DNA from: Octopus sinensis
Taxonomy: Eukaryota
Assembly: GCF_006345805.1 (NCBI RefSeq)
Contig: NC_043020.1
Location: 22,382,001-22,446,000, forward strand
Length of the DNA stretch: 64,000 nt
Direction of reading: 5' to 3'
Within the stretch, counting starts at the first letter, position 1, and each line of letters opens with the position of its first letter. A program made the translations under genes and the position numbers. This document shows positions 35,593-46,400 of the stretch, piece by piece. The notes beneath the pieces are model-generated. The model worked only from the letters and a program-made list of their open reading frames with translations. It did no database searches and was not told where the DNA came from.

Positions 35593-37392
35593 GTGTGTGT
35601 GTGTGTTTGTCCCACCAACATCGCTTGACAACCGATGCTGATGAGTTTACGTCCCCATAACTTAGCGGTTTGGCATAAGAGACCGATTGTATAAGTACAA
35701 TGCTTACAAAGAATAAGTCCTGGGGTTGATTTGCTCAACTAAAGGCAGTGCCCCAGCATGGCCACAGTCAAGTGACTGAAACAAATAAAACAATATATGT
35801 ATATATCCTATATAATTGCAGATGTGTACCACATAGTGAAACATTATAAAGTCTTATTGCTGTGTACGTCGATAGAGGTGAAAATCATTGTAGATCTAAT
35901 GATTGATATGGTGAGTCACTACATCCATCTCTCATCTTTTTCTCTGTTATAGCTGATGTGTATATATATATACACACACACTTTCTTTGACTTCTTTATA
36001 TATCTATCTAATTATTATATATGTATATAGATACATACACCAAGACAGTAAATTGAGAAAAGATTTTTTTATTATTTATTCACCATTACACACGTTTCAT
36101 ATGCTAATGGGAGTTACAAAATTGTACATGTAAAAGAAAACAAGTAAGACATCTATTAAAATTCTTCAGACAGAGAGTATCAGATACATATACATATTTT
36201 CTACTATTAGGAAATGAAACATGTGTAACGGTAAATAACTAATACCCAGAAACTTTCCAATCTCCTGTTTTGCTGTTATTACTCTGAAGGAAATATTTTC
36301 CAGTATTTTAAATTCTTATGTATATTTCACATCTACATATGGATTTGGAATACTGGAATAACCAGATGTGATTCAAGGGGACTCAGCTTGGATTGTAACC
36401 CTATCTACATATACATATACATGGCTATGTGGTAAGAAGCCTGCTTCACAACCACATGGTTCCAGGTTCAGTTCTACTGCATGGCCCCTTGGGCAAAGAT
36501 GAGTGGATTTGGTAGACGGAAACTGAAAGACCATTGTTTATATATGTGTGTATGTTTGAGTGTCTGTGTTTGTCCCTGCACCATTGCTTGACAAGCGATG
36601 TTGGTGTGTTTGTGTCCCCATAACTTAGTGGTTCAGCAAAAGAGACCACTAGAATAAGTACTAGGCTTACAAAAATGTCCTGGGGTCAGTTTGTTCAACT
36701 AAAGGCAGTGCTCCAGCATGGCCACAGTCAAATGACTGATACAAATAAAAGAATGTATACCGGGTGTTCAAAAAGTCTCTCCACAGCAAGTATTTAATGG
36801 TTTTCAGGCGATTCTTGTACCCTGATCCTTTACTTGCTCCCTAGAAAAAAGAGTCTGGCATTGTTAAATCAGGTGATCTTGGTAGTCAAATTCCCTTCAA
36901 AATAATCCGTTCATCGAAAAAACTCTTGAAGTAGCACCATGGTGATGCACAGGATGAAAAATATATATTAGAATGGAGGATAGAAGGATTCCTAAGCAGA
37001 TGCTCTATGGAGAACTTGTGAATGGAAGGAGACTCCGGCAGAAACCAAGGCTGCAATTTAAGGACTGTGTTAAGTCCTCGTTAAAGGCCTTTGATATGCA
37101 GGACACTGACTGGGAGAACAATGCCTGTCATCGCCACAGATGGAGGAAGCAGGTTAAGGAGGGGATCGACACTTTTGAGAGAGCACGTATCCAGCATGAA
37201 GAACTTAAGCGAGCTGTGTGAAAGTGCACGGCTCGTATAGTGAATGGGGAAAGCTTGGTCTGCAGTCAAGGGCAGGGCTCATTAGCCACCAACGGAGCCG
37301 CAAATGCAAAATATAAGGTAGTCCTAGAGTGCACAATCTTCCTGAAGGTCGGCAATGGTCTTCCTCGTTCACGAGTGGACAGCCATCATCAT

Positions 37393-37433
<41 letters not shown>

Positions 37434-40400
37434 ATCAAAATAAGCAACAAGGATATCCAGAGGTAATGCAGTACTATCGTTTCATGCGACTCCATTTAAT
37501 TGAACAATGCAAACATTACATCAGTTTTAAAATGTAGAGCAATCTTCAGCTGCATAAAAATATAGAATTTAGTTAAATTCAAAGGATTCATTTGTATAGC
37601 TTTTCTATTAACCAAAATCACAAAGAGTATAAGTAGATAGACAAAAGACATGTTTCATCAACAACATCATAGTTGTAACTGATATTTTTTCACAGGAAGA
37701 CACTGCTTATCATTGATTTTAATTTGCTATTCAGATTTACTAATGGGTGGGGTTAGTTCTAATTTATATATATATAAGAGTGGCTGAGTGGTAAGTAGCT
37801 TGCTTACCAACCACATGATTCCGGGTTCAGTCCCACTGCATGGCACCTTAGGTATGTATCTTTTACTATAGCCTCGGGCCGACCAAAGCCTTGTGAATGG
37901 ATTTGGTAGATGGAAACTGAAAGAAGCCCGTCGTATATGTGTATATCATCATCATCATCATCATCGTTTAACATCCGCTTTCCATGCTAGCATGGGTTGG
38001 ACGATTTGACTGAGGCCTGGCGAACCAGATGGCTGCACCAGACTCCAGTCTGATCATCATCATCGTCGTTTAACGTCCGTTCTCCATGCTAGCATGGGTT
38101 GGACGGTTTGACCGGGGTTCTGGGAAGCCAGAAGGCTGCACCAGGCTCCAGTCTAATCTGGCAATGTTTCTACAGCTGGATGCCCTTCCTAACGCCAACC
38201 ACTCCGTGAGTGTAGTGGGTGCTTTTTACGTGATATGTGTGTGTGTGTGTTTGTCCCCCCAACATCACTTGTCAACCAATGCTGGTGTGTTTACATCCCT
38301 GTAACTTAGCAGTTCAGCAAGAGATGGATAGAATAAGTACTAGGCTTAGAAAGAATCAGTCCTGGGGGCAATTTGCTCGACTAAAAAAGGCAGTGCTCCA
38401 GCATGGCTGCAGTCAAATGACTGAAATGAGTAAAAGAGTAAAGATATATATATATATACACACATACATGGTAAAGCCTGCCCACCCCACCCGCCAGTCA
38501 TGAATGGACCATAGGATTATACCCATGTTCATTTCAAAGTCTATTTCTGAGGTACAAATCTGGATGTGGTTGTTTATGGAAGACCAACAGTTGCCCATGC
38601 ATACCAGCCTCTCCTCTCCACACCACTGATATTATCCAAGAGAAAGGCAAGGGCCATGATACAGCTTTCGTTCCAGTGACATCGCAGCTCATTTCTACAG
38701 ATGAGCGAACTGGAGCGACGTGAAATAAAGTGTCTTGCTCAAGAACACAGACTCGCTACCTCATGATTGTGAACCTGGTGCTCTAACCACTGAGCCATGT
38801 GTTTTCACATACCATTGACCCTTTATATACAAATTCCATCTTATGTCCTTCCTTGTTCAAGAGTAGAATGTGCGATTAGGAGCTGGTGGGGAGGGAGTCA
38901 GCTGTTATTTCTAGGAAGCCGAATGACCACCCAAGCACTGGTTTTATTTTTACATGTCTGTATTTGTGTTGCTGTTGCAGAGAGACATCAAGCTGAACTA
39001 CCAAGTGGAGAAGCTGCAAATAAAGCTGAAGGACAAGACCATTTTTGCTGCACTTAAAGATACATTGGCTGAGTGAGTGGTTTTGGGGTTAATTTAGGGG
39101 GTGGGGGTCAGCAGTGGCCAGCATTGAAAGCAGACAGTACCTGGCATGAGGTCCTAAAATTGGACAATGGCCAGTAGAATGTCTTGAAAATGGATACTAA
39201 TTAGCAGATTGGTCTGTATGTCATGAAAATAGGCAGTGTTGGCTAAGTGTCCTGAAAGTGGACAGTGGCTGCTAGTGTATCCTGAGGTTAGACAGTATTA
39301 ACAGCATGTTGTAAAAGTGGATTCTGGATAGAATAGTATTGTAAAAACCCAGTGCCAAACTCCAACACCTGATTTGACATGGTTTCTATGGCTGGATGTC
39401 CTTCCCAATGTCATCTGCTTTTCAATAATTTGTATTATTGAACCAAAGGCAGTCTTGAGTGGGTTCGTATAAAAAAGAGTTTATCTATGTTCCAAATACC
39501 AGCTTCATAACAACTCTTATTTGATCAAATTCTTCATTATTTTCAAAACTTAATTGAAACAAAGGCTGTTGCAAAAGGGTTTATAAAAGATTTATAACTT
39601 TTCCAGAGGAGTGGCTGTGTGGTAAGAAGCTTGCTTCCTGACTACATGGTTCCATGTTCAGTCCCATTGCATGGTACCTTGGGCAAGTGTCTGCTATTAT
39701 AGCCTCCAGCTGACAAAAGCCTTGTGAGTGGATTTGGTAGACGGAAACTGTTTTATATATATACTAGCAGTATCGCCCGGCGTTGCTCGGGTTTGTAAGG
39801 GAAATAACTATATAAGCATTTTTAGAGAGTTACTTCCCTTATAGATGCCAATTCGGGCTTTCTTAGCCATTTCTGTTTTGGTGTCTTCAAGCCATGAAGT
39901 CGTTGTTCTAAAAGAACGCTGGTTTCCTTGACAACGCTTTACGACGTTGATTTCCTTACATTCCCTTCCCCACAGCTTCACGAGGGAGGGAAGAAGGGGG
40001 AGAAGCAAACAGGTGCAGGTGTGACCATAGACGCCAACTCCGCCGCCATCAACACACTAAAAATTATGCATTAAAATGGAATAAAAAATGATGTTAAATT
40101 ATTTTTTAAATCGTAGACTCATCGTAGACGCGCGCTAATACTCAGACGGGCTCGATATGAATCACGACTATAAGATACCCGAATTTGGTTAAACTGCACC
40201 GCTAAATGTGGGAGTAGTTAGGAATCTAAATCGAAGGGGACAGACACTCACACAACTACAGTTTTATATATATAGATATATATATGTTACTGTGTCTATG
40301 TTTGTCTTCCTACCACTTGACAGCTAACGTGTGTTTACGTCCCCGTAACTTAGCGGTTTGGCAAAAGAGACCAGTACAAAACTTGATATATGGCATATGA

Positions 40401-43400
40401 TATATATATGATTTATTGATATACAAAATGCCAATATAGAAGCATTAAGATATATATAAATAAGTTGTTGTTATTAATACTGTGTTATAAAGCTGTCACC
40501 TTGAGAATAAATTCCTATTTATTTGTTTCTCCGGTGCCGGTGCCACGTGCAAAGCACCTTTGCTGGTATCAAATATAAAGCACCCCTGTCAGTGCCACAT
40601 GAAGAGCTCTCATGCTGGTGCCACATAAAAGGCACCCAGTACACTCTGTAAAGTGGTTAGCATTAGGAAGGGCTCCCAGCCATAGAAACCAGGCCAGGAC
40701 AGACAATTGGAGCTTGGTGCAGCCCTTCAGCTGGCCAGACTTGTCAAACCGTCCAACCCATGCCACCATGGAAAAAATGATGAAGATGCCATTGTTGTCC
40801 TTATTTCTATGTTTAAAGATCCTCATTTCACTGACTGCAAACGGTCAGTGAGTTTTCTGTGAAAACTCAATTTCTAATTCATGTCCATATGTTTTCTTTC
40901 CCTCCACACACACACTCCTCTAATTCCATAATTAGATTGGAGAAATCTAAAGATCTCGTTAATGCCGTCCGTTTTCTCTCTTCCTATGGCTGGTTGAGAG
41001 ATCAGAGAGAAACCGTTTTTACCAACCTCGAGCGGTCAGAAGAATTCTCAGAATGTATAACTTTTCCTAAAACAACATCTGGTGAAACTATTATCATCTT
41101 TGATCCCAATTGGCCAGAGTGAGTATCACCATTATCATTATCATTATTATGATCATTATTATTATTATTATCGTTGTTGTTGATTATGGTTTCTTTTCAT
41201 TATAACTATATTTCAGCTGCCTTAGTATTGGGCATCCTTTGGAGGCCAAGAGTAGCAAGGGCACTTTTGTTTTGCTATTCATGCTAAAATTATCACCATA
41301 TTTATTCCATTTTAGATGGAGAGTGCTTTCCATAGTATATGGGCTCTATCCATCAAGGTTATCTTTTGTTAACGTTATCAAGGTTCTGGAGATTGGAGTT
41401 ACCAGGGAGTTGCTTAATATACTTTTCCACTCCCTTATCATTCCCAACACACCAATTTCTACAGGTATTATTGTAACACTAAACTTCCACATTTTTGTGA
41501 TTTCGATTTGCAGATCTTTATAATGAGAAAGCTTTTCGTATTCTTTCCTTGAGACATTTTGATCTTGTGGGACAGACATATCTATTAAAAGACAAGTTCT
41601 TCTGTTGTAGTCCTTGATCACAATGTCTGGTCAATTGGTGTCAATTTTTCTGTCTGTTTGTATTGGGAAGTTCCAAAGGATGGTCATGCCCTTGCCATTT
41701 ACTACATCCTCTGCATGGTGCCTATTATTATTATTATGAAGGTAGTGAGCTGGTAGAATCGTTAGCACGCTGGATGAAATGCTTAGCAGTATTTCACCCA
41801 TCACCACATTCTGAGTTCAAATTCCGCTGAAGTTGACTTTTGAAGGTCAATTAAACACTGGGGTCAATGTAATCAATGTATTTCCTCCCACTAAAATTAC
41901 TGGCCTTGTGGCAAATGTGAAACTTATTATTAAAAATGTGAAAATGGCAAGCATGGATGTAGACCTGTGAGTCGGAGAGAAGGTATTGGAAAGAATACTT
42001 GCTTCTAGGGTTTCAGGAGAAATCTCAAACAATGGGGTTCCTCGATTATCCCTAAAGACCTTCCTGTATCAGGAGGGCCACATCTCTATCATCTTCCCCA
42101 CCATTTTCTTTTAAACCTTTATATGCTATTCATATGTCCCTTCTTTTTCAATGTATACTTAATTTTTCTTCGTTTTTTTTATCATTTCATTATACGTAAA
42201 TCCCCACACTTTATGTCTGTCTCTGTATTATCCCTCCCCTTCATCCTTTGCCCTTGTGGTAAATAAATGAAATCATTATTATTATCATTATTGGTAGCAA
42301 GCTGGCAGAATTGTTAGCACGCTGGGCAAAATGCTTGGCAGTAATTCACCCACTACTACATTCTGAGCTCAAATTCCGCCAAGGTTGACTTTGCCTTTCA
42401 TCATCGATAAATTAAGTACTAGTTGCGTACTGGGGTCAATGTAATCGATTAACCCCTTCCCCAAATTTCTGGCTTTGTGCCTATTGTGGAAAGGATTATT
42501 ATTTTTATTACTACCTTCGCCTTAGTGAAGGCGGAGGCATTGTTTTCAGTGGTTTGTTTGTCCATGGACAAGATATCTCAATAACTGCTGGATGGATTCA
42601 GAAGAAACTTTCAGCAATGTTTGGCCTCGTGACTGGCACAAACTGATTAGATTTTAGGATCGATCCGGTACCAGACAAGGATTCTGGATTATTTTTCCTA
42701 TTTTTTTTACTTAATTTCTGAGAGCGGTTGGGTTCATTTTTAGTATTCACATTTGTAAGAGCAGTCGAGTTTATTTCAGATATTCTCATTTTAAAAATCA
42801 TTTCTGGTTAATCGTTGAGAGGAAATTGGTGTTGCCTTGGCGGAGGTTTGCACTCTCTGAGTGCTCTTGTTTTTATTATTATTATTATTATCAGTATTAT
42901 TGTAGCCTCCCTTGTTGAGAGTTTTAATTTGTTATTGTTATACATATTGTTTACACGCTGTAAAACCTATTGTATCATTCTGTTTTTGTTTATGTTGTTT
43001 TATGTGAACCCTCGTGGCTAATAAAAGAATTGATCATTATTATTATTATTATTCTGCTTTTGTCTCGATGCAGCATCAAGATCCATGTGAAGTGGGTGAT
43101 ACAACAGAACTTTCTGTTCCGAGCTGAGTCCTACATCTCAGTGTTCTGTAAAGTCTCTCGCTCAAGTAAGTAATCAACATTTCATGTCATCCTCATCATC
43201 ACCAATAACAGAAAGAGAGGGGGGGGGCTACACTGTTGCTTGAGCTGCTAAAAATCACTGCCACATACCTTTCAAATCATGGTTTACTACCTTAAAAGGG
43301 AGAAGGATATTCAGTATATAATGTAGTTCTAGACATCCCCCACCTCATCCCCAGAATAGATGAGATGGTCATGGTTGAAAGGAAGGTCTTTGACTGTAGC

Positions 43401-46400
43401 AGATGTTATACATCATCATTGCCAGCCTCAGTATTATCACTATCTTGATCTGCTAGAAATAAGACCCAAATCTTTCTGAAATCACACCTTATCGTTCAAA
43501 AGGAAAGATGTCTGAAAAGATGGGATTGTCATGATACAAATGATTTTGATCATGTGACTTCCCAATCTGGACTGACCTAGGGTTAAATAACAGCAGCAGC
43601 AACAACATGATCATCTCTACTATTTTCAGCCTTCTGTCATCGTAAAAGCCGTACAAATTAATTGGAGATGCCACTATGAAAGGTTGCTGAATGAAGAAAA
43701 TGAATGGGATAAAGAGAGTCTGCCGAATGTTGACCCAACAGAGGGACCAGCTATCCGAGTTGATAGTTCTGTGGTAGCTAAGGCAATTAGAAGCATGAAG
43801 ACAGGGAAAGCCCCAGGCCCATCAGGAATCACTGCAGAGATGCTCAAAATGTCTGGTAGTGTCGGCTATAGCCTAGTCACCCATATAGTTAATCAGGTGA
43901 TACACAAAGGGGTCATACCCAATGACTGGTGTAGCAGTATAATAGTCAACTGCTACAAAGGTAAAGGTGATGCCCTAGATACAAATAACTACAGAGGTAT
44001 CAAGCTGTTGGACCAGGTGATGAAGGTTACGGAGAGGGTCATAGCCCAACTAATTAGAGAGAGAGTTAGTTTAGATGAGATGCAGTTTGGGTTTGTGCCA
44101 GGGAAAAGTACTACTGATGCTATATTCCTGGTAAGGCAGCTGCAGGAGAAATACCTAGCCAAAGATAAGCCCCTGTACCTGGCTTTTGTTGACATGGAGA
44201 AAGCCTTCGACAGGGTCCCCCGATCCCTTATCTGGTGGGCAATGAGAAAACTAGGGATAGATGAATGGTTAGTGAGAGCTGTGCGGGCCATGTATAGGGA
44301 CGCCGCTAGTAGGGTGAGGGTTGGAAATGAGTACAGTGAAGAATTCCGGGTAGAGGTAGGGGTCCACCAAGGCTCAGTACTCAGCCCCCTCCTATTTATC
44401 ATAGTCCTCCAGGCAATAACGGAGGAATTCAAAACAGGATGCCCTTGGGAGCTCCTCTATGCTGATGACCTTGCTCTAATTGCTGAGTCGCTATCAGAAC
44501 TGGAGGAGAAGTTTCAGGTGTGGAAACAAGGATTAGAATCGAAGGGCCTCAGAGTCAATCTAGCTAAAACCAAAGTCGTAATCAGTAGGAAGGTAGACAA
44601 ATCACAAACACCTTCAGGTAGATGGCCCTGCTCGATCTGTAGAAAAGGTGTAGGTAGAAACTCTATAAGATGCACCAAGTGTAAGCTATGGACACATAAG
44701 AGATGCAGCAATGTCAAAGGAAGGCTAACTAGGAAGATGGTTTTTGTATGTGGCAGATGCTCAGGAACAATAAACACTGAAAATGCTCTGAGACCAACTT
44801 CCGTCACTTTCCAGGGAGAAAAACTAGAAATAGTTGATAGTTTCCGTTACCTAGGTGACCAAGTCAGCAGCGGGGGCGGGTGTGCTGAAAGTGTAACTGC
44901 TAGAGTAAGAATAGCTTGGGCAAAGTTCAGAGAGCTCTTACCTCTGCTGGTGACAAAAGGCCTCTCGCACAGAGTGAAAGGCAGACTGTATGATGCGTGT
45001 GTACGAACAGCCATGCTACATGGCAGTGAAACATGGGCCGTGACTGCTGAGGATATGCGTAAGCTCGCTAGAAATGAAGCCAGTATGCTCCGATGGATGT
45101 GTAATGCCGGTACTCACACTCGGCAGAGTGTAAGTACCTTGAGAGAAAAGCTGGACCTAAGAAGCATCAGTTGTGGTGTGCAAGAGAGACGTTTGCGCTG
45201 GTATGGTCATGTGGCGAGAATGGATGAAGATAGTTGTGTGAAAAAGTGCCACACCCTAGCGGTTGAGGGAACCTGTGGAAGAGGCAGACCCAGGAAAACC
45301 TGGGACGAGGTGGTGAAGCACGACCTTCGAACTTTAGGTCTCACTGAGGAAATGACTAGAGACCGAGACCTCTGGAAGTGTGCTGTGCGCGAGAAGACCC
45401 GGCAGGACAAGTGAGTCCACAACCCGTGGCCTTCTACATGGGATGGAGCCAGCCTACGTATGCATACCTTCCCTTCTTGGGACACAAAACTCTACTTGTG
45501 AAGACGTGTTGAGGCAAGTGAGGATCAGAATCGAAATCGATCAATGGAAATTGCGGATGTGCTACCAGTGCCGGTGGCATGTCGAAACTCTGCTTGTGAA
45601 GACCCATTGAGGCAAGTGAGGATCAGAATCGAAATCGATCAATGGAAATCGATCAATGGAAATTGCAGATGTGTTACCAGTGCCGGTGGCATGTAAGAGA
45701 ACTTTCCGTTTCGCGACCGTTGCCAGCACCGCCCCGTTTCGTGTCCGTTGCCAGCACCGCCCCGTTTCGTGTCCGTTGCCAGCCTCGCCTGGCCCTCGTG
45801 CCGGTGGCACATAAAAAGCACCATCCGTTCGTGGCCGTTTGCCAGCTCTGTCTGGCACCAGTGCGGGTGGCACGTAAAAAGCACCCACTACACTCACGGA
45901 GTGGTTGGCGTTAGGAAGGGCATCCAGCCGTAGAAACACTGCCAGATTTGACTGGGCCTGATGAAGCCTTCTGGCTTCACAGACCCCAGTAGAACCGTCC
46001 AACCCATGCTAGCATGGAAAACGGACGCTAAATGATGATGATGATGATGATGAAAGCATTTTGTCCTTAAGTCTAGCGATTCTGCAAATCCACTGAAATG
46101 ATGATAATAATGATCCTTTCTACTAAAGGCACAAAGCCCGATAATTGGCGGGAGGGGCTAGTCGATTACATCGACCCCAGTGTTTCACTGGTACTTAATT
46201 TATTAACCCCAAAAGGATGAAAGGTGAAGTCGACCTCAGCAGAATTTGAACTCAGAATGTAAAGAAAGACCACAAGGCATTTTGTCCAGTATGCTAATGA
46301 CTCTGCCAGCTCACTTTGTTAATAATCATAATAATCCTTTCTACTCCAAGCACAAGGCTTGGGTTTTTGTGGGGAGGGGGACAGTCGATCACATCGACCC

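Noticed and set aside
37696-37750. Possible alternative CENP-P exon after TTTTTTCACAG
   Set aside because: There is a stop codon in the required phase 0 frame and no convincing donor.
38797-39057. ORF-track protein ...ERHQAELPSGEAANK...
   Set aside because: It overlaps CENP-P exon 6 in the wrong frame; the phase chain and similarity support RDIKLNYQ... instead.
41217-41523. Possible extra CENP-P exon (TTTCAG acceptor and an open frame)
   Set aside because: It is the antisense strand of the R4/Dong fragment, and exon 7 already splices in frame to 43074.
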